Positions 1-10,831 of a stretch of 64,000 nt of DNA are shown here, in pieces. Numbering within the stretch: position 1 is the stretch's first letter; every line of letters begins with the position of its first letter. A program made the translations under genes and the position numbers. A model generated the notes under the pieces. That model had not been told where the DNA came from, made no database searches, and saw only the letters and a list, made by a program, of their open reading frames with translations. Source of the DNA: Marsupella aquatica (taxonomy: Eukaryota; Plantae; Marchantiophyta); the NCBI GenBank assembly GCA_973895155.1, contig OZ316891.1, forward strand, positions 15,469,037 through 15,533,036. The letters are read 5' to 3'.

Positions 1-84
1 GAGAAAGAAGTGAAGAGTACTGAAACTCTTTTGAGAAAATTTAACAACAATGTGCTTCTCATGAGTATCGCTGGGAAAAATTAC

Positions 85-294
85 TCTTTCGAGCGGTCGA
101 GGAGGTTCCTGATGCCCGATTGTCGCAGTATTTGGCATGGGCCATACATGCAGTAGATCACCAGTCGGATGCCTCGTAGCTTCGTCCAACCGTGTGGGGT
201 TCTTCAAAACTGCATCGGTCCACCCATAACCTGTTCCTCCACCCCGGACACCTTCAACTGGTGGCGGAACTACGAATTCCACATTGCCCTGCAT
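85..294 (-). CDS. 5' coding exon of a DUF4091 / glycoside hydrolase 123-like plant protein (Arabidopsis AT1G45150-like); gene continues beyond the left edge
   Basis: Minus strand reads MQGNVEFVVPPPVEGVRGGGTGYGWTDAVLKNPTRLDEATRHPTGDLLHVWPMPNTATIGHQEPPRPLER, then a GTAATT donor at 84. This resembles my recollection of the AT1G45150 N-terminus (VPVEGVAGGGTAYG...PTADLVNVWCMPNT...QETPRALEP). Start uncertain: ATG 294 or an acceptor at about 289. Confidence 0.65.
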
Positions 295-494
295 ATTCCA
301 AACACACTCTGCACAACGAAATCAGATGATCATGAGCTTGGATGAAAAATCATGTGGGTGTGAGTTCGTTCGTTTGTTGATCTTGAATACATCTCCTTGC
401 AGATGACTCTCAGGTGGATGACCTTCAAGAATCACACACGACTCCGTTCGTCATCTACTATAATTCTTAGGACGGGGGATGCTGGACCTTCAGC

Positions 495-567
495 TGCTGG
501 ATCCTACCTCTGCTGGATCCTACCTCGATAGGCTTTATCGATGGGCTCTATCGATGGGCTTTATCAC
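495..567. repeat. Short tandem duplications (16 bp x2, 13 bp x3)
   Basis: ctgctggatcctacct twice, then cgat(a/g)ggct(t/c)tat three times. Confidence 0.8.
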
Positions 568-1437
568 AGAATCCGAAAACTTAGTCGGGATCTCTTGAGT
601 CTGAAATTTGGGTTGATTTTCAGGCTTAAGGGAACTATGATTCTGGATTTTCAAGCTAATACCTTGATTTTGCATATCTGGTACTTTCATTGGTTCACAT
701 TAGAGCATCTGCAACGGTGTACTCTAATTCCTTAGCGTATACATTGAATTACGTTTTCTAGTACAATGGATGTATATAGTAAGGATGACATGCCAAAATG
801 CAAGCCCAATGGTCATAGGGGTTTACCTCGTGATATAACTTTAGATACTAATTGTTAGATCTTGTTTTACCTCCCGCTATACCTTTGGATACTAATTGTT
901 TGATCTTGGATAACCCAGGAATCAATTCTGCATTGAGTCAGTGCTCTATATGGTCATTCAATAGTAGTTTAAATAACCAAAAAACCTACTATAGTAAGCT
1001 CACAACTGAAATCCTTCCACTAATCCATTGGGGTTGCCTTCTTTCTCTGCCTTATTGGGTTTGGTCAACATAGCTTACACTAGACTAACCTAGTAACTGT
1101 TGGAGGTGCTCTTTATTTAAGGTGTTCTTTTTGCATGAATTAATAATTTTGTTTAGCAAATGTACAATTTCAGGTGAAAGTTTTGTTTGTGAAAAAACTT
1201 GAGGTTCTAGCAATGCTGAACTGACACAAGGTTTGTTTATGTTGTGAGCTTGAGGTACTTGTTTTCTAACTTGTTGGTTCAGGTAGTTTTTTAGCTTTCA
1301 AGTGCATTTTTATAAGGTGTTGTTAAAGTGCAACTATTTTTTAGGATTTCCAGGTGCATGTTTTTCACAAAAATTTCTGCTTTTCTTTCAAGAATAATTT
1401 TTTACACAAAACAACTTTGTTCAATTTTTGTCCACAT

Positions 1438-1730
1438 TGTTGAGCATAGATAACAATTATAACGGCAAGCCCATGAACCATCCCAATGCACAAGTATCAA
1501 TATCGAGAGATACATGGTTCACCTTAGCATGAGGCTATGTCCACGGGAACACACAAGAGCCAGCTTTATTGCACTCTAGGCTGACTGTGTTGAGCATAGA
1601 TGACATTCGTAACAACAAGCCCATGAACCATCCAACGCACAAGAGTCGACACAGAGAGATACGTGGATCACGGAGACATGAGGCTACGTCCACGGGAACA
1701 CACAAGAGCTTTACTGCACTCTAGGCCGAC
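1438..1730. repeat. Imperfect tandem duplication, period about 150 bp
   Basis: tgttgagcatagat...caagcccatgaaccatcc...catgaggcta(t/c)gtccacgggaacacacaagagc...gcactctaggc begins at 1438 and again at 1588. Confidence 0.85.
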
Positions 1731-1733
1731 CGG

Positions 1734-1999
1734 CCATACCAAGCATCCACAGCACAAGCTCTCCCTATCTCTCAACTAGCTCCGTAACAATGAGCCTAAG
1801 TTCCACCAAGGTCTGGCATCAGCCTTGGCTGTATGCACAATAGCACTACCGCTAACATTAGCTAAGTCCTAACCCGAGTTAGACTAATTGTGGTTAGCTC
1901 ATGAGTCACAAGACTAGAGCAATATCTAATAGACCAACCATACCAAGCATCCACAACACAAGCTCTCCCTATCTCTCAACTGGCTCCGTAACAATGAGT
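1734..1999. repeat. Direct repeat of about 60 bp (two copies)
   Basis: ccataccaagcatccaca(g/a)cacaagctctccctatctctcaact(a/g)gctccgtaacaatgag at 1734 and 1938. Confidence 0.85.
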
Positions 2000-2321
2000 C
2001 TGAGTACCTACTATCCAACTACTATCCAAACAAACACCGATGTGTGCGCATAACATGACTAACCTAACCTAGTCTACGACTAAGGTTAGCCCTAACTACG
2101 GTAAAGTCGTAACTCTAGACCCTAAAAGTAAATCCTATCACACATCTTAAGGGTTTGTTCATTTCATATGTTATAATTATGGCACAAGGAATACCAAAAA
2201 GAAAATTGTTTTTTTAATAATTTTTTCTGGTCTCAAAGATGTGATTGGAGTTATCAACTAGGGAAAACTTGCTGCTGTTCATTTTACAAAGTATTGGGGG
2301 CACTCTCAACCTAACCAGTTG

Positions 2322-2650
2322 CTACGGGGGGGGTCACTATATGGAGGGCCATACATTGCGTGCGACGTTTTAGGGTTTGACCCCCCTAACTTATAAGTGA
2401 ATTTGTTTTTGCAAAGCCCTTTCTTTCTTTAAATAGTGTCATTTTTTTTATTAAAAAACCCCTAAAAACTTTAAAGAAAGTATTTTTTGTAATTAAATAG
2501 GCCTATGTGTTCTATAAAGTCGACCAGTCAATAAAACATGTCCTATGTGTTCTTCCACCAAACTTTGGAAGTCTTCCGCCACACCCATTTAAATGGGCCT
2601 ATACTTCGTCGCAGGTGATGTGCCACTTCCGTGGAAGTGACCCCCCTAAG
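2322..2650. mobile_element. MITE (non-autonomous TIR element, 8-9 bp TSD; hAT- or Mutator-type)
   Basis: Imperfect TIRs of about 45 bp (ggggggtcact...tgcgacg / cgtcgca...agtgacccccc) around an AT-rich core, flanked by the direct repeat ACCAGTTG(C) at 2314 and 2651. Confidence 0.75.
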
Positions 2651-3186
2651 ACCAGTTGCCAATCTTAAAGTGACTGGAGTGGGGCCCAAATTTTGCTTAT
2701 GTGGAGCAAATTTTTGTCTCACATGTTGGATCTCCTTTCTTGGAGGTCTTGTCATATGGAAGCTTGGTTCATTTCTATTTTGAGTTGTTTATATTAAAAA
2801 TGAGCCCACATCCCCCTCATGAGATTTTCTTTTGTTAGAACAAGACAAGCCCTAGCCAAAGAAATATATGACTTTTAGATGAAGTGGGCCCAGCTTATCT
2901 ACTGTAGGTAATAAATTATTCTATCACCCTTGGCTGAGCTTCCTTTGTATAGGTACCTGGGCTAAAGGAGGTAAAGCGAGGTATTGTATAATGCAAGCAA
3001 ACAATAATTTGGATAGCAAGGAGAGTGTTGTTAGCTAGCCACTAGTGGTTTTTTAATTTCTTTTGATTTTTTTGCTGCCTTTCATAGTTGTAGTGTTTTT
3101 TTAAAGACTCCTCTAGCCAAAGGAGGAGTCCCCAAAATGGATGTTACTAACTAAGTTCTGTTAGCGAAGCACTTGGAATAAAAAAA

Positions 3187-3472
3187 TAGGGTCATGCGAC
3201 TAATGTTTTTGCTCATGTTGGGATTTTTTTTAATTCTTTCCTCGCACCCTACAATGACCCGTTTGCCCCAAAGGACGAAATGGCAAGGTTGAGGGTTTTG
3301 CCGCATACCAGGCACAACTACTGGAGGTTCTTGTTAGTGAGGGAGTTGGATATAGAAGATAGGGGTCATGCGAGTAAATGTTTTGCTCATGTGTGATTTA
3401 TTTATTTATTTACTCGCACGCTACAATGACCCCTTTGCCCCAAAGGACGAATGCCAAGGTTGAGGGTTTTGC
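3187..3472. repeat. Imperfect direct repeat, ~115 bp unit, period about 173 bp
   Basis: gggtcatgcga...ttttgctcatgt...ctcgcac(c/g)ctacaatgaccc(g/c)tttgccccaaaggacgaa...caaggttgagggttttgc occurs twice. Confidence 0.85.
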
Positions 3473-3620
3473 GAAATGGGACTTGTGAGAGGGCGTGAGA
3501 ACCAGTGAAAAGCTTCAAAGAGTTGGGATACTCAGGTCTTCTAGTTGACATGACATTCAGCCCGACAGCCGAGATACGTTGGTGCCTGGTTTTGCAGTTT
3601 TTGCAGTAGTGCGTTCATGA

Positions 3621-4115
3621 TCAATTCATTACACAAGCAGCGGTCAGCGACGATGCAGGGGCCGGCGATAGCTTTGGTGTCTGCTGCGAAGTGGGTTTTC
3701 TCCGTTTGCTCTTCTTGGCTGTCTTCAGCGCTTTGTATTCTGTCTCCGTCTTTGGAATGTCTGCAACATCATCTTTGTGAGCGGCAGACGTGATCAGCTC
3801 CAGAGGTTTAAGCATCCGAGCTGACTTTTCTTAGTGGATCCATCCTCCACACGGGTCGTTCCTGCCGGGATCTTTAGTTTGGGTCACCATAGTAGATGGC
3901 AGATCCCGGGCATTTTTTTACGTCATGAGATTTAGATGGTGATGCCTCTTTCGTAACGCACACGAGTACAGGCATATTTTATCTCACATTATCCTGACCG
4001 CCGAGGTGGGAGCTGATTTTGATTTGCAGAGTCGGAAATTTGAAATCATATTTAGCTCCTTCATCATTTCTTCCTGAAGAGGCTTCACTTTGCAGCGGGA
4101 TTCTCGCTCTCGGGG
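3621..4115 (-). pseudogene. Possible decayed coding exon of unknown identity
   Basis: One minus frame of about 165 codons has only two internal TAA stops and ends in ORF 3621..3815. No family motif recognised. Confidence 0.25.
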
Positions 4116-5113
4116 TTTAATCATGAACTTAAATAGGAGAATTAGCTTTGAATGCTCAAGTTACTTAGGCGGTCTACTGCCACAATGTTTTCGCGGTGTA
4201 GAAATCAATTTACGACGATGATTTGAATTGTCATGGTTCATTTCACGAAGAAATCACTTTCTTAAAGGCAGTGAGGATTGGGGTCAATATGGGGATACTT
4301 CAGTTTGTCTGTGGGTCGTACTGAAGTGGATAGAACTATATTGCTTTCCCCAAAATATCTGGCAGACTTGTAGATTGGATATCTTCACACTTCGATCGAA
4401 CCGCAGGGCGTGTGAACGTTTGCTACTTTAGGAACTACCCCGAAAGAAGTTTCGATAGCTAGATAATCCAATTCTTGGATTTATTTTGCCGACTCCTTCT
4501 TTGGCCCGTTTCATCTTGCAGGAGAAGTGCTCTCAACAATATGGCGTCCACCTTCCAGCGTACTAGGGCCCTACCGTTAGTAGTCATGACTTTGGGATAA
4601 GGTCACGTCTCCGAAGAGGGGCCCGGAGTAAAGAAGAATTTAAACATTGTGAGATGGCATTTAAACCCCTAAGCAAGACCCTCAGACTTCGTCATGGGTG
4701 ACAGCGAGTTCTCAACTGGTTATACCATGCGATAGAAATGGAGTGGTACTCCAGTTTCTGTGTGCACTACGCACCCTCCTGTACGAATAGTTAACTGCTG
4801 AATTGTCCCGTAATAGATTCGAGTACGAAGTTGCTCCGTTCCGAAGATGAGGCCCACTACCGGTAGATTGTATCCACTGAGCAGATTGTAGAGTCTGGCA
4901 GACATAGTCGGATTGTACTGTCTAGGTAGCTTGTGAGGAAGTAGTGCTCATATGTCATACTCTAAAATTGTAGCGTTGGAGGTGCATGGTATATCTCCAT
5001 TAATTTTTAGTAAATTTGAAATCATAGCAATTGACTTCGAGGATTTGTCCTTAACGCAAATTAGCGGACAGGATGCTCTCTTTTGCTGATCTGACTTGGA
5101 GCTGAAATTGCAG

Positions 5114-7699
5114 AATTTAAGCAGGTTGCAACGGGTGCACAATTGTGCAGGCAAGGAGAACAGGTTTGGAGTCGAGGCGAGGGCTCTTATACTGGAAGGT
5201 GTTGAGCAATTAGCAGATGTGGTGAAGGTTACCATGGGCCCAAAGGTATGGAAGACAGCTCCTTAACTTAACTTTTGTCTGTCTCTTATAAAAGAATTAT
5301 GTTCATGTTTGTTGTAGGTGTTGGATATTCTTAAACTAGTCAATCATTGCTGTGTTAATATGTTTAACTGTTTTCCAGGGCCGAAATGTGGTTATGGAGC
5401 AAGTTTTTTGTTCTCCTAAAATTACGAAGGAAAAGGCCATTGAATTGAAGGATAGTATAAAAAGTGTTGGAGCCAGTTTGGTGAAGCAAACTGCAACTGT
5501 TACCAATTACACTTCTGGAAATGGTATGTAGCACTTGGGCTGTCATAAGCTGGCACTGTAGGAACGAGCGGACAATGGAAGGAGGGTAATTCTTTCAGAT
5601 ATGTTGTGACTAACTATGAAGAGCAGTTGAATTTGTGAGATAAGTTGTTGAAAGTGTTTTCGTGCTTCTGCTTTTGAAGCTAAAGGTCCGGGGAGAGTTG
5701 AAGTTCTATTAGACAGGTCTTTGCAACTGACATTCTGATGGGATATCTTCAGCAACACCATTTACAACTGCACTCACGAGGGCCATTTTCTCAGATGGCT
5801 ATAAATCTGTAGCAGCGGGATTGAATGCCATGAATTTAAAGCGTGCAATCAGTCTAGTTGGCGCAGTTGCCACACATTTGAAAACAAGAGCCAACATGGT
5901 CAGTACAACGGAACAGATCATCCAAGTGAGTAGCTATTACTTCATGGGTTTCCCCTTGTGTGTAATCGCTTAGACGCTACGGTCTCGCACGTTTACTCAA
6001 CCTGCTTTGATCTTAGATTGGAACAATTTGGGCCAATTGGGAGCGAGAGCCTTGGGGAATTGATTTATCAAGGGATGGAGAAAGTGAATAGAGGGAGTCA
6101 TCACTGTGTCTGTAAGTGATGGCAATACTCAATTTTTAATGGTGCCAAACCAATTTCCGAATTTTTAGATTTTCCTCTGGTCACCTAGTTGTGTCCTTCT
6201 TGGTCGTGGTATTCTACTCTTCATTCTCTACAATGTTTTTGTGGATTTCATTTCTTTCCCTTCTAAACCCTAAACCCTGAACCCTAAATCCCTAAACTTG
6301 CCTACGGAACATGCTCCTTCTAGTCACACCTCAGTGAAGTTCCCATTGGTCCTGCTTCTTTTGAGTACAGAAAAATGCGATGTTGCAGGACGGAAAGAAT
6401 CTTTACAACGAATTAGAAGTTGTGAAGGGCATGAAGCTTTACCGAGGCTATATAACTCCTTCCTTTATTACAGATGTTAAGTCCCCAAAAGTGGTAAGTT
6501 TCAATGGCGTGGAGCATGTCTGAAAGTATTTTTGACTGCCTGATGTTAGTGCTTGTATGTCACTCCTTCGATCGTATTGTTATAGATGAGTAACCTGTCC
6601 CGTATCACATTTCGAATTAATACGTCATTTAACGAAAGTTGAGTACACATTTTACTAGCCAAGATACATTTTCAGGCCGGTTGTAAGTACATGCTTTATA
6701 TAGCATATGGGGGCTGTTTGTAATTACGGTTTTTTGGCCACTTTGGGATGTGCAGGTCACAATCTCCATAGACGACACAATCATCCTAGATGCATCCGGT
6801 GACAAGAAATTGATTGAAGAGCCCATTGATCAGGTATGTCTTAGTAAGGTAAAGCTTTCTTGCAGTTTCTATACACTCTTTTTTAAGCTACTTTATGGTT
6901 GCGAGTGCATTCTAATGAATATCATCGGTGACATTTGCAGATCACGGAAGCTATCAACACAGCTACCTCAGATTATGACAAGGGAAAACTTCAGGGGCGC
7001 TCACCAACGCTTGCGGGAGGCGTTGCTGTCCTGAAGGTGCGTTGTATCAATTTTTCTCACTTATAGTTTGGCCTTTCTTCCAATAGTTTGTTGCTGACCT
7101 TTGTGAGTTGTCAGCTTACAGATTGGGTTGGCCACTGAAGTTGTGGTCAGTCGGAAGGCTAGGATACCTGATGCTTTGAATGCAACAAAAGCTGCTTTGG
7201 AGGACGTCGTTGTACCTGGTGAGTACGGTTCTGTCAATTGCTGGCGCCCCTCAAATATTGGTCGAGGCACATCGTAAATGTTGCAGCCAGTTGATTTCCT
7301 TGACTGATAATTATTTCCAGGGGGAGGAGTAGCTCTGTTGTATGCATCTCGGGAGTTAGAGAAAATCCAGACTCCTAACTTCGATCAAAAAGTTGATGTT
7401 CAAGTTATCCAGAATGCGCGCAAGGTTTGTCCTCATCAAATAATGTTAACAGCCTGTTCAAATGTGCTCAATGAGAAGCCCGGATCTCCTATCTACCCAT
7501 TGTGTTGTGCACGTAGGGCGACATTTGCTTGTTATCTCCACCACTGATCGAGCGATAGTGTGTTACTAACACTTGTCAAATGGTTTTGGACAGACGCCTG
7601 CGTACATCATAGCACCAAATGCCGGAGTGGAAGGAGCACTTGTGGTGGGCAAGCTACCGGAGCAGCAGAGCCTAGGGATTGGATACGTTCAAGCAAGAG
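5114..7699 (+). pseudogene. HSP60: Mitochondrial chaperonin-60 (HSP60/CPN60) non-processed pseudogene
   Basis: Ten GT-AG-flanked exons encode [106 protein letters not shown] and NAGVEGALVVGKL. Exon 6017-6111 (95 nt) is frameshifted with a stop, ATP-binding motifs are degraded, and the apical-domain and last exons are absent. Confidence 0.9.
6263..6297 (+). repeat. Interstitial plant telomeric repeats, (CCCTAAA)n-like, about 5 units
   Basis: ctaaaccctaaaccctgaaccctaaatccctaaac inside an HSP60 pseudogene intron. Confidence 0.8.
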
Positions 7700-7824
7700 G
7701 TGTGTGACTTTTAAATCTATATACTACTTGTGATTTCATCATGTTCTGTAATGATTAGGGAGATGCAGCAGCTGAAACACAACGAGGGGTTACAGCATCG
7801 GAACTGTTGAATTCCTCTTAGTGT

Positions 7825-8101
7825 AGGGGAACCCATCGCCTGGAGGGGGTTATGGGCTGTCATCCCCTGAACAGGCCTGGGTTAGCAAGCGTTACCCCGA
7901 CTCTTGCTAACCATACAATTTTGAAATTTTGAGACTCGACCATGGGGTCATGAGACTTGGAACCCCCTGGCCAAGCTGGCAAGGTGGTTACGGCTGGGGG
8001 CCTCCCCTGAAACTACAAAGAAAAACAGAGGGGAGGGGGTTACGAGAAGGGGAAACCTTTGGAAGAGAACTCAATGTTGTCCTGATTGGGTGGATTCCCC
8101 T
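7825..8101. mobile_element. Putative MITE-like insertion
   Basis: Imperfect TIRs AGGGGAACCCATC / GGTGGATTCCCCT and an internal perfect 10-bp stem GGTTAGCAAG...CTTGCTAACC. No clear TSD. Confidence 0.4.
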
Positions 8102-8569
8102 CAGTGAGAATGTATTCTTTGGGAAATTATCCCTACCTTGGTTTGATGTGATGAGGCAACGCTTGTATAATGCGTGCCAGCTGAGTCGTTCTTGTAATTT
8201 GGATCGTTGGATTCTTGAATCCAAAGCGTGCCAGCACCATTCCATTTCATGACCATTGGATTCTTGACAGATAGCAGTTACACTCAATTGAAACGGAGTC
8301 ATATCACTTTCTTAAGTTATCCGTACCAAAGATCGCAGCAGATCAAGGGAGACAAGAAAATACATTTGTGGACGGAGGTAGGGTCCTAGCCCTAGAATCA
8401 GAGTTCTACAGGTCTGCTATTGTTTTCTGAGCGTTTAGTCTTGACTTAAGAAAGATTTAAAAAAAATCCATTGCAGCTCGTGAAGTCTCTTGCGCTTTAT
8501 GGTGGTCAATCTGATCGTGGGTTGTGGTGCCCACAGAGGAAGCCCAGAGGTCCTGACTTTAATCATAGG

Positions 8570-10831
8570 ATGACAAGGAAAGCCCTTTCGGTGGATGGCT
8601 GGTCCACCCCGGCAAGGGCGAAGGCAAGGCTCACATTGATTATTCAAGGCAGATTGCAATCTCGTGCTAGTTATGGCACAAGAGATTGGTCTCAAGACTC
8701 TGCAGAAGGAAATAGCACTAGGCACATGAATAGTGCTGGTACCACGATTGAAGCAATTGCTGTTTTGAAGAATCGTCTAGACCGAGGCATTCCTACAGAC
8801 TCGTACACATATGTCAAAGTTCTACAAATGTGCTTGAAACAGAAAGACCTTTTAGCAGCCAAGCAGGTTCATGAATGCATCATCGAGAGTGGACTGGCTA
8901 GGAATACATATCTGGCGAACACCCTCCTGAATGTTTATATCAGATGCGGGGGAATTTCGGATGCACGTCGAGTCTTTGATGAATTTGAGAAGAAAAGTGT
9001 CATTACTTGGAACACAATGATTGCCGGATATGCTAAGAGTGATCATGCTGAATCAGCACTGGAACTTTTCAAATCCATGCGCCAAGAAGGTGCGCAGCCT
9101 AATGAGGTCACATATCTGTGCATCCTGAAGGCATGTTCTAGCCCATTGGCTCTAAAATGGGGAAAGCAAGTTCACGAGAGTGTTCGACGGGCCGGCTTTG
9201 AATCAGATGTGCGTGTAGGGACTGCCCTGCTTCAGATGTACGCAAAGTGCGGGTGCATCACAGAAGCAAGGCGAGTTTTTGAAAATTTGACTAATCGAAA
9301 TATGATCACATGGAACATTATGATTGGAGCATATGCAGAAAGTGGTCGTGGTGTGGAAGCATATCAACTATTTCTCGAAATGAGACAGGAAGGCTTCGAA
9401 CCAGATGCAATCACTTATCTGAACATCCTGAACGCATCAGCAAGTGCGGGGGCTTTAGAGTGGGTGAAAGAGGTTCATGTCCTTGCTAGAGAAGCGGGAC
9501 ATGAGTCGGATTTGCGAGTGGGCAATGCACTTGTTCACATGTATGCGAAAAGTGGTAGTCTGGATGATGCCCGATTGGTTTTTGACAGATTGACTGCGCT
9601 CGATGTAATCACATGGAGTATCATGATTGGTGCGTATGCAAAACGTGGTCGCGGTGTGGAAGCATATGGACTGTTTCTCCAAATGAGACGAGAAGGCTTG
9701 GAACCAGATGCAATCACTTATATGAGCATCCTGAATGCATCTGCAAGTGTGGGCGCTCTGGAGTGGGTGAAGGAGGTTCATGGCCATGCTCGCAAAGCTG
9801 GACTGGAGTCGGATTTGCGTGTGGGCAATGCACTTGTTCACATGTACGCAAGGGCTGGCAGTATAGATGAAGCCCGACTAGTTTTTGACAGAATGGCGAA
9901 ACGCGATGTAATCACGTGGACCGGAATGATCGGAGGACTAGCACAACATGGTTGTGCGCACGAAGCCCTGGAGCTCTTCAGGAAAATGACTGTGGACCGT
10001 GTGAAACCGGACGGGGCTGCATTCGTGGCAGTTTTGTCAGCCTGTTCTCATGCAGGCCTTCTTGATGACGGCCGTCGACTCTTTTCAGCTATGACGCAAC
10101 TTTATGGCATCGAGCCTGATATTGTGCATTATACCTGTATGGTGGATCTTCTTGGGCGGGCCGGACACTTGGAGGAAGCAAAGCTTTTCATTAGTGACAT
10201 GCCGGTTGAACCAAATGAAGTAACTTGGGGAGCATTCCTTGGGGCTTGTAGAACTTATCGTAATGTGGAGTTGGGCGAAGTTGCCAGTAAAGAGCTTCTG
10301 AAGTTGGAACCCAATAAGGCCTCTGCATATGTGCTTCTCTCCAACATCTATGCTGCAGCTGGCCAGTGGGAGAAGGTGTCATTGGTGCGGACTATGATGC
10401 AACAGAAAGGTATTCGGAAGGAGCCAGGTTGTTCCTGGATTGAAGTTGACAAGAAGATCCATGAATTTGTTGTAGGTGATATATCTCACCCAGAAGCGAA
10501 GGCGATATATACTTACATAATTAAATTGACTGAGAAATTGAAGGCTGAAGGCTACATTCCCGAAACCCAGACTGTGTTGCAGAACATCGACCAGGAGGAT
10601 AAAGAACTGGCTCTTTGCTCTCACAGTGAGAAGTTGGCTATTGCGTACGGACTCATGCATACAGCTCGGGGAAAACCAATTCGTGTGTATAAGAACCTTC
10701 GTGTGTGTTCAGATTGCCATACAGCAACGAAGTTTATATCAAAGGTAACGGGACGCGAAATCATAGCCAGGGATGCAACTCGCTTTCACCATTTCAAAGG
10801 TGGTGTGTGTTCTTGTGGTGATTACTGGTGA
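8570..10831 (+). CDS. PLS-class pentatricopeptide repeat protein with E1/E2/DYW domain (organellar C-to-U RNA editing factor)
   Basis: Intronless ORF with 14 PPR motifs, E1, E2, PG box (PGCSWIEV), HSEKLA, CSDCH and C-terminal DYW. First in-frame ATG 8570; ATG 8726 or an upstream exon are alternatives. Confidence 0.95.
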   Translation: MTRKALSVDGWSTPARAKARLTLIIQGRLQSRASYGTRDWSQDSAEGNSTRHMNSAGTTIEAIAVLKNRLDRGIPTDSYTYVKVLQMCLKQKDLLAAKQVHECIIESGLARNTYLANTLLNVYIRCGGISDARRVFDEFEKKSVITWNTMIAGYAKSDHAESALELFKSMRQEGAQPNEVTYLCILKACSSPLALKWGKQVHESVRRAGFESDVRVGTALLQMYAKCGCITEARRVFENLTNRNMITWNIMIGAYAESGRGVEAYQLFLEMRQEGFEPDAITYLNILNASASAGALEWVKEVHVLAREAGHESDLRVGNALVHMYAKSGSLDDARLVFDRLTALDVITWSIMIGAYAKRGRGVEAYGLFLQMRREGLEPDAITYMSILNASASVGALEWVKEVHGHARKAGLESDLRVGNALVHMYARAGSIDEARLVFDRMAKRDVITWTGMIGGLAQHGCAHEALELFRKMTVDRVKPDGAAFVAVLSACSHAGLLDDGRRLFSAMTQLYGIEPDIVHYTCMVDLLGRAGHLEEAKLFISDMPVEPNEVTWGAFLGACRTYRNVELGEVASKELLKLEPNKASAYVLLSNIYAAAGQWEKVSLVRTMMQQKGIRKEPGCSWIEVDKKIHEFVVGDISHPEAKAIYTYIIKLTEKLKAEGYIPETQTVLQNIDQEDKELALCSHSEKLAIAYGLMHTARGKPIRVYKNLRVCSDCHTATKFISKVTGREIIARDATRFHHFKGGVCSCGDYW

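Noticed and set aside
3850-3870. GRNDPC peptide resembling a SEC-C motif
   Set aside because: The following xCGSGKKYKxC residues are absent and a stop follows; probably chance.
8471-8569. TTG start of the PPR ORF given in the track
   Set aside because: Nuclear eukaryotic gene; the first in-frame ATG is at 8570.
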